DNA from: Octopus sinensis
Lineage: Eukaryota
Assembly: GCF_006345805.1 (NCBI RefSeq)
Contig: NW_021832226.1
Location: forward strand, 372,001 to 436,000
Direction: 5' to 3'
Length of the DNA: 64,000 nt
In this document: positions 38,430 to 50,544 of the stretch, one piece after another
Layout: each line of letters begins with the position of its first letter
Numbering within the stretch: position 1 is the stretch's first letter
The notes under the pieces: generated by a model
Told to the model about the DNA's origin: nothing
What the model saw: the letters and a program-made list of their open reading frames with translations, nothing else
Database searches by the model: none
Made by a program: the position numbers and the translations under genes

Positions 38430-39060
38430 GATTGTTTATTGTCTTAAGTGGTTTTTGTGATTTCAAATCAATTTTAAACTAGAGGTAATAAATTAATTCT
38501 ATCATTAGGCTATTAAAAGTGGATTTCTAATAATATTCTATAAGTTTCTTGTCTCAAATTTTTTCAAGAATACCCAATTTCCATCTACTTAAAAAATATT
38601 GGTTATGTTCTCTCATGAAGTTCAACTTACAATTAATTTTAATCCGAAGACAAATGTATTTTTTGAGCATTAGTGACCAAGCTTTGATATTTACATTCCA
38701 TGGATTTTAAGAATGGTTCAGAAGCTGTGAAAGAAAGAAACACGCTGAACTTTTGATGAAAACTCTGAGATATGCCATTAAATTGGAGCATGGCTTGGAT
38801 TTAAAATCCAAACTAACCCCAAAATTGGAGAGATCTCTACGATTCATTGAAAAATTGTTGCACCACAAAAAATAGTGGTAAAAGGGATCATTATTTTGTC
38901 GAAATGACATCTATAGTGTTCTATGTCCTTAAGCTTGGTAACTTCATCTGGACCAAATAAAATTCAAGTGGGTTTACAGACTCTTTGTGGCGCCTAAGTT
39001 GAGAAAGTGTCAGTGGATTGCTTTCCAAAATTCTATGGCGAATCATGCATATTGCCTTTA
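38430..39060 (-). mobile_element. Decayed Tc1-like transposase
   Basis: Frameshifted remnants (FIWSR/DE, SFRQNND, VWC). Weak. Confidence 0.4.
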
Positions 39061-39568
39061 TTTCATTTTTTGAAACAGTGAATCCTAATTCAACTTAAGA
39101 ACCATAACTAGAATGAAAAACCACGCTAATCAAATCAGACTAATTTTAATGTTTTTGTTTATACTTGATTACCGACCAAGGGAGACGAGCTGGCTCTTTC
39201 AGCGAATCTCGGCCGACGTGCTCCGCGAAAAATGCCATTCAATACGCAGTGCGGCATCGTTTTACTGACGCTTAGGCTTTAAAATACCCTTTCAGCCACT
39301 TATCCTAGTTAGCATCCAAGTTTGTCCTTTAATATTTATTCCCATTACACAATTAGTTTTAACTTTAACATATTTTGATTTTTTAAAATTCCTGGGCTGA
39401 GAACCGCTGATCTAAATAATTTTAACTTAAATACTGAGGATATCTTTATTTAAAATATTATAAGTTTTTAAAAGAATTACATTTGTGTGACTTTGCAGCC
39501 TAAATACTCAAAAATATCAAAAAACGAGTAAAAATTTTTGAAAAAGAGAGTTTTAATAAAAAAATAAT

Positions 39569-40803
39569 TTACAAATATGCCATTTTTGCCCATCTTCGAA
39601 AATTACTCAAATTTTCATCGACCTGAAAAAGACCTTGGAGAAAACTGCGCACACGTCTTCCATTCCCTGGGATCACAGAATTCGATAAATAGTAAAATCC
39701 ATTTCCAAAATTTTCAAAAACACTCAAAATCCGAAAAGATCCCTTCGTAATATCATTAGCTAAAATAAGATATTAATCAAACTAGAATCAATTGGATCCA
39801 GAACACAGATTCTAGGATGACTATTATATGGCTTTTTGAAATAACCATATTTAAGGGAAATTCCAACTTCATCAAAATTGAAAATGCATCCAAAGTAATG
39901 CAAAAACTCCATCAACTGAACTCCCAAGTTATTTGGTTTAAAAGTACATAAACTTGGCTTATAATTCTACGATTTTGTAAAAATCACGGCAAATCTACTT
40001 GGAGGAAGTTAACAAGAAGTAATATGAGCCCATAAGAAGAGAGTCCCCCAGTATAGACCTCATTCAAACCCAGATTTAGCAAATAATATTTAAGAACAAA
40101 AACGAGATATTTCAAGTCTCCATACTGATCCATGTACAATTTAATTTGTCCATCGTTCATTAACCCGTTTTTACGATTAAAGCAAATGTCAACTTTTATG
40201 TTAGTTGCAAAATCTGTAACTTTTAATATCGGAACCTAAAATAAATTAGCTATAACATATACAGCTGCTCTATCTATAATTTGTACAGTTTTGGCAATTT
40301 TTGAATTTAAAAATAAATCCCGAAGTTCGTAAAATGGAGTTTCAAGCCAGTTACAAAAAAAGACAACATCAATGTCACTAAAATGAGTAAAATAGCCTAC
40401 GTCCTACCTCAAAGGAAGAGCCAAATTTGTGTTCACACTACCAAAAACTTGAACCTAAAAACGTAGTAGCTAAATGTTTAAACTCGTATCTCAGGCCACT
40501 TTTTCTTAACCAAACATGTTATTTTAGAAACGATTTCTTGTCGCATTTTTATCTCTTGTTCGGTAGGTCGCATATAGTCGTAAAAAAGTCGAATTTCCTT
40601 ATCGAGTCTTAATTTATAATTTTAACGCGGTCAAACCCTACAATTCCAGTTAGAATATCAGAATCTGCAACCCATGGGCAGGCATCAATCTGAGATCCTT
40701 GTAGTTTTAAATCGTTTAAAAACGGAGCATTTGATGAAGTGCATTTCTTTTTAAATGTGTTGTTGCCATTTCTTATTTCCAAAACATTCTTTTTATTCTT
40801 CAT
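39569..40803 (-). CDS. TENT4: Terminal nucleotidyltransferase TENT4 (PAPD5/7, Trf4/5-like), 6 introns of 23-32 nt
   Basis: Spliced LDKEIRLFYDYMRPTEQE...WPEIR^VQVFGSVNTNLALPLS^DIDVV...AA^VPILK...KVDICFN...NEVYTGGLSSYGL...DPIDS^TNDITKGSF. GS and D-D-D catalytic residues are intact. Ends AYL*; an extra exon is possible. Confidence 0.93.
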
Positions 40804-41049
40804 TAATCAAAGTTAAAGAGCAACAAGCGATAAAGCACAAGGCAATATTAAATATTTTTATATATTAAAATTTTGTTTGTCAAAAATGCATAATATTATA
40901 ATATTTTAAAAATAAATTTATCCATATAGTTTGGTTTTAAATTTCAGGTTTTTTTAAAAAGTGCAAGTGAAATTTTAGAAATCGTTTAGGACTTAATTTC
41001 CAAGTTTAACAATTAAAATCAATTCCAAAAACTCTCCCAATTTCATTTC

Positions 41050-41700
41050 AAAAATTTAACCATGTATGTGCAGGCCGACATTCTGACTGGGTTAAATTCT
41101 GCGATTATCATACTACAAGGTTAATCTCTCCCAAGATATCAATGATATTTTTGATATCTTATATAGTCTTCAATGTGCTTATTCGTCTTAAATACAAAAT
41201 TGAGATGACCATTTCATTTATACTCTTGCGCGCATATTTCTACCACCAAAGTCCAATCTTACTGATTATTTCCTGCGTGTATTTGGATGATGTTTAAAAC
41301 TGTATTTAATGTTCGGATATCTCCTTTTCTGATTCCAATGCACGTTTCAAAAATCACCAACTATCAAGTCGGATTTTGTCAATAATTGTATTTTTGCATC
41401 GATTCGTCACTTAATCCTCTACTTTCACGGCGCGATTGTTTGGTAACCCTATTCCTATTTCAAAATTCGTGCGGCTCTTAATTTCGATAGATATTCTTAT
41501 CTTCTTTATGAACAAACCACGTAAAAAGTAGTTAAAGTCATCTACAAACGTAGAGTCCTGACTTTCCCAAGATGATTCACTGAATTTGAATGATTTTTTC
41601 GTTCTACGTACGAATGAAGTCACTAATTTTATAACTATCACCATCCCACTAAACATTACACAGTCGAACAGAGCATCAAAAACTCTCAGGTTGCCCAAAC
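41050..41700 (-). mobile_element. Decayed LINE (L1/Tx1-like) endonuclease/linker remnant
   Basis: LIVGDF(N) motif among many stops. Confidence 0.35.
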
Positions 41701-42755
41701 CAAATCATTCACTCTATTGGAAATGATCTGTTTCTAAATTTGTGTTAATTCTACGACCAACTCCATAAATATTTTAAAAAGAAAACATCCGGAAAGGTCT
41801 TTATACAAAAATCCAGAAAACTTGAAACACTGAGATCGCGTTTTTCAGAGCAAGTCCCATTGAATAAAAAAACTAAAAAGCCCCGAATGATTAATTTTTA
41901 AAGTTCACAAAAACTGACTTTTGTATTTCCTTCTAGAAATAATAAATTGGCCACTTAGTTGATGGCTACTACCATCAAAGGTGCTCTATTTTTTCATTAT
42001 TTTAAAAGGAATTTGAATTTCCAGTAAATCATCATAGGTCATGTATTTCATTGCAATCTGTAAACTGACTCCCCTATTTGTTTCTGTGGAAGAAGTTTGA
42101 CTTTGAATGGAGCAAAAGTTTGGAGTAACCTATTTCCTAAAACCGAATTTGAGTGAATTTGGTAGACTTGAGATAAAGTAAACAAAACTCTCCCTTTATT
42201 TTAATTTATCTTTGATTTCGATTGATAGTCAGATTTAATATTGAATTTCAGGGAGTTTGTCATGATTTATTTTCTCTTGTTTATTGTGATTTCCTTCCCT
42301 ATTGATTGCCCGGAGACTCTGTATTCAAAGTTATGGAGGCAGTTGAGGGCTCCTAATATTAGGGTTTGCAAATACCCCGTTTTCATAAAGTATATCAAGG
42401 GATACTTATATCTTTGGTACTCCTCCAAAATTCAGACCAGATCACACACAGGAGTGTTAGTCACCGACTTGTATTTGAGATTCAGTCTCAACGGCCTTCA
42501 TTAAGCCTTTCAAAGTTTTGACCATCGAGTGGAGGACCTCTGAAAACCGAACGGACAGTTTAATGTTGTCTATGAATATGAGAAGGTCGATGCAAAATAT
42601 TTTTGATTATGCTCGATCGAAATTTGTTCGTATCGGACAGTGAAGACTCTACTCGGCAGTTTTAGGCAGAAGACGAACAGCAATGGAGACATACTGTCGC
42701 CCTATCCTGCGCCTCTTTCTAACTTAATTCCGCCTATACTGCATTTGGTATAGTA

Positions 42756-45700
42756 TGTCACCGGTTTTATAGCCCACTGGGTTGGATAACCCACCTACTG
42801 CCATATTTTATAATAATATTTTTCATATATTTAATTTCATTGAAAAAAATAATTTTCTTAATTATTTTAATAATTTATTGTTCTTTTTTAAATATTTTAG
42901 CGTGAAAACTAACTTTTTATTAATAAAGTTTAAAAACTGTGAAAATAAGTAGGGTTGTTCAATTCTTTTGAAATTAACGACAAACCAACTTAATGAAATA
43001 AAAAATTTTAACCAACTACTATATACCAGGGGTCACCAAACTTTTTGCACTCGCGGGCCGGATTGACCCCAACACAATGAACGCGGGCCGGAGCACGTGC
43101 ATAGGATTATAATTTTACTAGAAATTCATAAGTGTGTTTTTTACAATAAAAACTAATTTAAACAAAAATAAAGTAAACAAAATTTTAATGAGAGCTATGG
43201 AACTGTGATCTTTTTTTGATAAGTTCATCAATATTTGGTTTTAAATTGCTGCATCCTATCATGAGAATTGATTTTAAGTGTCCGTCAGTCAATCTTGCAC
43301 GATGGGCAGACTTAACATATTTCATCCTCGAAAACGTTTGCTCACATTGGTAAGTTGTGCCAAATATAGCAATCATCTTTATCGCAAAATTCTTTAGTCT
43401 CGGAAACTCATCATCCTTGAGATATTCGTAGAACTCAGCGAGTTTGGTCCGTCTGTGACAATCTTTGAGCTGTTCATTTGATTGTAAGTCAATAACTTCT
43501 AATTGTAATTCATGTTGAACATTTTCAACATTACAAGAAAATGGATTTTCGAACAAAATTATATCGCTTTCAATTTTGTCAAGTTCAGAAAACTTATGTA
43601 AAAATGATGTTTTAATTCTTTGATAATTCCAATTTGGAAAGTAATGTCGATCTCATTACAGTTTGCCTCACAAAAACTTTTAAAACAAGAAAAGTGTGAA
43701 AACTGACGTACTCCAAGTTGTGACTCGAATAACATCAATTTTTGTCGAAATGCTTTAATTATCCTGTAGAAATCACAAATTAAGTTTTCCTTTCCTTGTA
43801 ATTTCAGATTTAGCTCATTCATGTGAGTTGTAACATCAACCAAAAATGATAATTTTGATAGCCAAGCAAGATCTGATAATTCGGGATAATAGTTATTTTT
43901 ACTGGTTAGAAAAATATCAATCTCACTTCGGAGTTTATAAAATCTATTTAATACATTACCACAGCTAAGCCATCTAACTGCAGTGTAATATGGTAAGTCA
44001 AAATATTCAGATCCAAAATCGTCAAGTAAAACTTTAAACTGACGGTGATTAAGTGAGCTCCCTCGAACAAAGTTTATTATGCGAATAACTGGATTCAACA
44101 CACATGAAATATTAAGAGCCTTCGCACATAGTGCGTGCTGATGAAGGATGCAATGAATGAACAAAGTGTTTGAAATATGTAATTCCTCCAATTTATTAGT
44201 TATTTGCCCAACTAGACCCTTTTTAGAACCAGCCATATTCTTTGCCCCGTCAATCGTAACACAACTCAGTTTCTCCCATTCAAGGTTATAGTCACTTATA
44301 GTTTGTTCCAATTCATCAAAAATATCTTTTCCAGTGGTTGTTCCATGAATAGAACAAACAGATGCCAGTTCTTCAGTTATGGAAATATTCTCATCAACTC
44401 CACGAATAAAAATAAGAAGTTGCGATGTTCCCGAAATGTCAACTGACTCATCCAATGCAAGAGAATACCACAACATATTACTTGTCTTTTCACAAATTTG
44501 TAAATATATTTTTTTTCCAAGCTCTTCAGTTCTCCGTGATACAGAACTCGCCGACAAACTTATTCCATCAAATAAGGAAGAATTTAGTGGGCACAAACAA
44601 TTAACTGCTTCAATAATGCAATTTTTGATATACATCCCATCACTAAAGGGTTTCCCGTGTTGTGAAATAATTTTCGTTATCTCGTATCCAGCTCTTGTTA
44701 CATTTTCATTATTTTCAAAATTTTTTTTTATAAGGCCTTGTTGAATTTGTAAAGTGCGTTTCAGTGATTCAACTTTATCCTCACGTAGCTTTCCAGTGTA
44801 CTTGGAATATATCGGAGCATGATTCGTTTCATAATGACGTCGAATGTTATACTCCTTCATAACAGAGAGATGTTCGTGGCATATTAAACAATAAGCTTTC
44901 TGCTTTAATTCATCTTTCGCAAAAAAATACTTCAATTCCCATAATTTATTGAATACACGGCATTCGCGGTCAACCTTTCTTTTCATATTAGACATAGCAA
45001 CAAAGAAAAATTTAACGTTAATGCTGATAAGTTTTTTTTCGAATTAAATCTTGCAAAATAGTTTTATTTAAGTTAATTATTAAGGTATTAATTGAATATC
45101 TCGAAATAGTGCGCGGGCCGGATAAAATGTTGTCGCGGGCCGGATCCGGCCCGCGGGCCGTAGTTTGGTGACGTCTGCTATATACGATAAAGAGAAAAGG
45201 AGAAAGCTCAGGACGCTTAAAAATCGTTTTTGCTTCAAAGTTAAAAAAGATTTTCTTCTCAATCCGACCTCCGTTTATTTTGCAAACAGACAATGGGAAA
45301 GAGTTCAAGAATAAATGCATGGAATTAATGTGCTCCGAATTAAACATCACTCATATATGTGGACGACCTAGAGCACCCTGGGTTCAGGGGCAAGTGGAGA
45401 GGTTTCTTATAGTCAATTTATTTGTAGGTTTAATCAATCAATTAAAAGATGGATTAGCTCTACAAGTGCATACAACGGAATGCTAGGGAAATTCAAGGAT
45501 TTTTATCAAGAAATTGTATACAAATATAACATTACACAACATGAAACTACCAAATGGGCGCCCTTCAAAATTTTTATGGGGGATAAAAGAGATTCGGAAA
45601 GAACAGAAGATCAAATAAATGCATTGTTAATGTTCGACGGAACAAATGCAGAACTAAGTAATGAGTCAAATTCGAATTATTTCGAAAATGAAAGATAATG

Positions 45701-46178
45701 GAAAAACAGTATTTATTTATTTATTTATTAACTCCAAGATCACCGAGAAAGATAGGAAAAACAGTATCAAACGTGCATTTAAGTAGATTTAAAAAATTTG
45801 ATTAAAATTTTGAATTTTTTTAAATGAATTAATTCTTATTTTTTATTGACTCGCATTAAATAAATAAAATTTTATTTATTTAATATTTTAAAAATGTAAA
45901 GCACAAATGAATGAATCTCGCGAGGCTGGCCGGGTGTCTCGTGAGGCCTTTAATTAGCTTGGCTATCTTTTTACTTTTAGATATCGTTATTAAAAAGTTA
46001 TGGAAAAAAAATGAATGATATGTGATTTATGCAACAGGCAGAAATATAAAAACTGATAAAAAAGAAGAAAATCAAAGTTAATTATATTTTCAGATGATTT
46101 TTAAATTATATTTATATTTTTTTGATAGTTTTTTCGATGGTGGGTTATCCAACCCGGTGGGCTATAAAACCGGTGACA
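42756..46178 (+). mobile_element. Internally deleted Ginger2/Tdd-like element hosting a hAT
   Basis: 40-bp TIR tgtcaccggttttatagcccac...ataacccacc, perfect TSD TAGTA. Integrase remnant QTDNGKEF...GRPRAPWVQGQVER^FNQSIKRW with a 26-nt intron (45402-45427). Confidence 0.92.
43027..45177 (-). mobile_element. Near-intact SPIN/GTF2IRD2-like hAT transposon
   Basis: 16-bp TIRs caggggtcaccaaact / cagacgtcaccaaact, perfect 8-bp TSD CTATATAC. Transposase 44995-43185 with BED finger, ALDESVD, TIDGA, HCILHQ, RWLS and TTYQCEQTFS. One 1-nt frameshift near 43600. Confidence 0.95.
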
Positions 46179-46849
46179 TAGTATATGAAGATTTCACCGG
46201 TATCACGGTTGAGACAAATTTGATAAACCACAAAGACAACTTAAATCTTTGCAGCTATTCAAGGAGGTAGACGTAATCAACCGAATCATAAGCCCTTTTC
46301 GCATCCACCCACACCAGACGAGTGAGTTTCTGTAAGTTATCGCCAGTCATTTGTTAGCTAAAACTGGCACCTTAGCTTTGTGGCAATTCTATCAAGTATC
46401 TAGCTAGTTTTTGGCCAGGATCTTATTCAGCTCCACAAAACTTCTGACCTCAAAAGACACCATCTTAGTCATGAATTTGCATAAGATAAAAAAATTAATT
46501 TGTTAAAAACGACGTGCACTGATTTTCTTGAACATAGAGATTTTTGGAAACTTTAGAAATAATAAGCGGTAAATGAGTTTAATACAAGGACAAATAAAGT
46601 ATCTTTTTGAAAGATCTCTCGTGCAATTTGTGCATTTTAATTTACTTGTTATACAGCCTTAGTTTGACTTTCACTCAATTAACCACCGATTTGATGGAAA
46701 CAACCTACTATAAGTCAATAAATAGGAAATTGAATTTCCACATCATTCTTTTAGGTTATTAAGAAATGTAACCAGTTTCCCATACGTGTTCATCCACCTA
46801 TGTCACATTCAAAATTGAGTTATGATTTGAGTAAATTAAGCATTTTTGC

Positions 46850-47330
46850 TAGCTTAGGGTGACACTAAGCACACAACCATGCCAAGATTTCTTTTTTCCT
46901 CGCCATTCTCTTGGTTATTTAGACATTTTTCGTCGTCCCATTTTGTATTCAAAACCAAATTTGTATTTTTATTATATTTGCACTAACGGAAAATCATTAG
47001 CTAATTAAGATTCCCTTGTGCCACGGTTAGTATCTTTCCACACATACGTTTCCAGGCCCCCTGTTATCGGCGCGTACGCATTAATAATTGTAATCCAAAA
47101 GCAGGGTCTGGTTCCTCATTTGATTTGAAGCACCGCAATCCTGTCCACAACCGGAATACATTCCTGTCTAATTTTCGGGTTGATTACAAACCCCAGTCCG
47201 TAGTAACGAAAAATCGTTTGGAGGATTCCACCTTTTAGATAGCTAATGCCAGTCCCCGTCCATGTGTATTTTTTGCCAAATATAATCGGACTTTGTTTTA
47301 ATTCGTCTGTTTCCTTGAAAAAGGGTGGTT
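46850..47330 (-). mobile_element. RTE-like LINE apurinic endonuclease remnant
   Basis: GLGFVINPKI...DRIAVLQI...IINAYAP. Confidence 0.55.
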
Positions 47331-47610
47331 CCAGATCGAAAAGAGCGATATAATAGTTAAAACGTGATAAACATGCAAATTAATTATTCTAAATCGGGAG
47401 TTCTCAACCTTTCTAACTGAAGGGGCAAATCAATAATTAAGAGTTTCTTTGCAGGTCCTATAAAAAAATGTTTTAGTTAATTAAAATTTAATGAAAAAAA
47501 TTATTTAATATTAGGAAGTGATTATTTAAGAAAAAATAAAATTACCAAATTTGGAATTATATTGAACCATCAATTTCCTTAAATATAAGATGCACGGTTA
47601 ATTTTCAAAA

Positions 47611-48803
47611 ATGGATTTGGTTACTGCTCTAAAAAATCGAATAAAATCGAACAAAAATGATGATTTCTATGGAAAATTAAACCATTATTATGCAGTTACT
47701 GTTCTTGTACTTATTTCCGTCATAATTTCAACTAAGAGTTTAGTTGGAAATCCTATCAACTGCTGGTGTCCAGCCCATTTTACTGGTTTAATTCGAGAGA
47801 ATGCTAATTTTTAGGAGACATGGTTAAATATGCTGAAGAAACATGTTATTCTGGAGAAAAATTTTTTGCTTTGTCGAATAATGGAAATAACCAAAAAATG
47901 GTACATATTCCAACTGCTGGAATATTTCACTGGATTCCTCTAGCTTCTTTGTTTCTTGCATTAATATACAGACTACCATATATATTATGGTCAACAATTT
48001 GCAGAATGAGTGATCTTAATATTGAACAGTTAATCGGCATGACTAGAAAATGTGAAGATATTGATACTGAACAAAACAAAAACAAAAACCTAGACAATAT
48101 ATCGTTGTATTTCAATAAATACAGATCCATGAAAAAACTATTAACAATCGAAAATAGTTCTTCCAATTCATTTATACAATTTTTTTCAAATTTCATACAA
48201 AAATTACAATCTCTGTCGACCATGTATATCTTGATAAAATTTCTCTACGTTGCAATTTCGATATCACAAATCACTTTAATGGAAACTTTTATTATCAGTA
48301 AAACCAATTTGAGCTTCAGTCAAGGAATGTTTAATGATATTCTTGGGGTTATTAAAAGCATGGAATCTGTATATTTTCCAAGAAATGTACTCTGTCAATT
48401 CAAAATAAGAGAAATCGGACATTGGAATGAACCATATCTTCAATCAGTAGAATGTATTCTCCCAATAAACAAATATGCACACGCACTATTTGGGTTTTAT
48501 TGGTTCTTTTTGTTAACAGTGGGAATTTTTAATGTCATGGGACTTTTAAAATGGATCTGGTATATATACTTTCGATTTGTAAATGAAGGATACATACTTT
48601 TTATGATAACATCGAAAGATTCTACAGCAAAGAAAAAATACTTTGTTAGACATTATTTGGGAAACGAAGGAGTTTTTGCAATTCGTTTAATGGTCGATAA
48701 CTCAAGCGATTTTGTGGTCAAAAAAGTTGTAAATAAACTTTATGCACAATTCAAATTGCAAAATCCTAGCACTGACGATCTTTCGGACGTTGCCCTCTTA
48801 TAA
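47611..48803 (+). CDS. inx: Innexin, single 29-nt intron (47786-47814)
   Basis: DDFYGKLNHYY...VGNPINCWCPAHFTG^DMVKYAEETC, FPRNVLCQFKIR, ECILPIN; four hydrophobic segments. Confidence 0.93.
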
Positions 48804-48977
48804 TTCTAAATTTGACTTATTTTATAAAAATTCATTTCATTTTATTCGAACGTTTTCCTAGTAGAAATAAATTTAAAAAGATCCAGATACCAACGACTTA
48901 ATCATTTTAGACACTTTTGGAAGTCTTATCTTTAACTGAATAATTTCAAAATTGTTTTTAAAATTGTTACTTTAATA

Positions 48978-49017
48978 TGTCACGAGCCTAGGTTGTTACC
49001 GAGCCTAGGTCGTTACA
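48978..49017. mobile_element. 40-bp TGT...ACA mini-element with TSD
   Basis: tgtcacgagcctagg...cctaggtcgttaca, flanked by TAATA on both sides. Confidence 0.7.
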
Positions 49018-49249
49018 TAATATTTTTTCCAATAAAAAAATGTGAATACTCTAGGATTTGATGTTAAGACAAAACAATTAAGCAAAACATGGTATTTTAA
49101 AGGTTTTTTCGTAAAATTTTTATGATGCGCGCATGTATGTATTTTTAATAAAATGAACCATTACCATTGGACTCATCTACGAATTCTCTTAATAGACAAA
49201 CTATTAATAATGTAGATCGAGTAATCTCTGGGTTATGCGAAGCGCAAGA

Positions 49250-49700
49250 AAGGGTCACAGCACGTTCTAATCTACTACTTGATTATCTACTACTACTTGA
49301 TTAAATGTCTTAAATGTCTAGCCAATCTCATATCTCTACAAGCACTAATCGATCAAAGAGGCAGGACGACAAAGTCTAATAAGCATCATTGCAGATTGGT
49401 CTGGATTTACATAGCGAATATAAATTTTTATTTAAAATTTTTCTTGGCCAGTGGATTCCAGTCAGTTTCTGGGTTGCATAGTTTGACACAAAGTTTTAGT
49501 GATGCATGTTTTTTCTTATCCAAATTTGGTGCATTTTTAGAGTATGTGGCACCCAGAATTTTCCTTCGACAAATGTCCTCCGGGTCATCTAGCAGTGATC
49601 CAAGTTTTGAATATTTATCCAGAATTCGTCATTTCTTGATTTTGCTCATTGGATTCATGTAAAGTCAGTTTTTAATGTCTATGCGCAAATCCCAATCATC
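49250..49700 (-). mobile_element. RTE-like RT C-terminal remnant
   Basis: KYSKLGSLLDDPEDICRRKILG. Confidence 0.55.
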
Positions 49701-50368
49701 TTATCTGTGACTATCGTTTTTACTAAATTTTTCCCCTGGGCCATGTTAGTTTTTTAAGAAAAAAGATGTTCTATATTCACTTGTGTCGAAATAATCAAAC
49801 TTTTTTAGGGTTGGAAATTCGTCTTCACTCTATGAATATTTGTGGTACAAAAAGACCATACCTGCGAACGAGTTTATTTTTAGTTAAAAGGACATGGCAT
49901 TTCTTTTAAATTTTATAATTTGTCTATCAATCACAGCTAAATCATTTTAAAAACTATGAGGTCTTTTTAAAACCTTTCTGATTCTATTTTTTGCTAAAAA
50001 TTGTATATTTTATGTCACCGGTTTTTGCTGGGACCCGGCATCTCCTTGGACCGCCCTAAAAATCGACTAAATCGCTTTATTTATATCTAAAATTATTAAA
50101 TAGTTAAAGTTTAACCCTAAAATGCTGATAGATTCCAATTTACTGAAATTTCTTTTTTGTACAAAACCAACATACTCCAACATTCGTTATTAACGCCGTT
50201 GAACTTTAAATATTTAATTAATATTTGGATTACCAGTCAAAAAAAATTAAAACTATTTATATTTTTTTTAAATAAAAACTAAATAAAAAAACACAAAAAG
50301 TATTAATCCGTGATAAAAATACATTTTTATCTTTGGCGCGTGATAAAATCTCAATTTTATCCCAAAAA

Positions 50369-50508
50369 CTAACCTAACTTCGACCTTATCCCTAACCCCA
50401 ACATTATCCCTAACCCTAACCTTATCTCTAACCCTATCCTTATTCCTATCCCTAACCCCAACCTTATCCCTAACCTTATCCCCAACCCCAACCTATCCTT
50501 AACCCTTA
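50369..50508 (-). repeat. Degenerate telomere-like array inside the Ginger element
   Basis: Repeated ccctaa / ccccaa / ccttat units, e.g. accttatccctaacccca. Confidence 0.85.
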
Positions 50509-50544
50509 TTTTAACACAGGCCTTATTTTTTATAAACAAAAACA

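Larger units (their letters stand above)
41950..46450 (-). mobile_element. R4/Dong-like RT, split by the Ginger element at 42756-46178
   Basis: WVDAKRAYDSVDY (46.3 kb) continues after the insertion as GDSMSPLLFVFCL and LLIFIDNIKL (42.6-42.7 kb). Confidence 0.75.

Noticed and set aside
47611-48803. Innexin as viral (vinnexin) or transposon cargo
   Set aside because: It has a host-type intron, is not enclosed by any TIR pair, and no viral genes are nearby.
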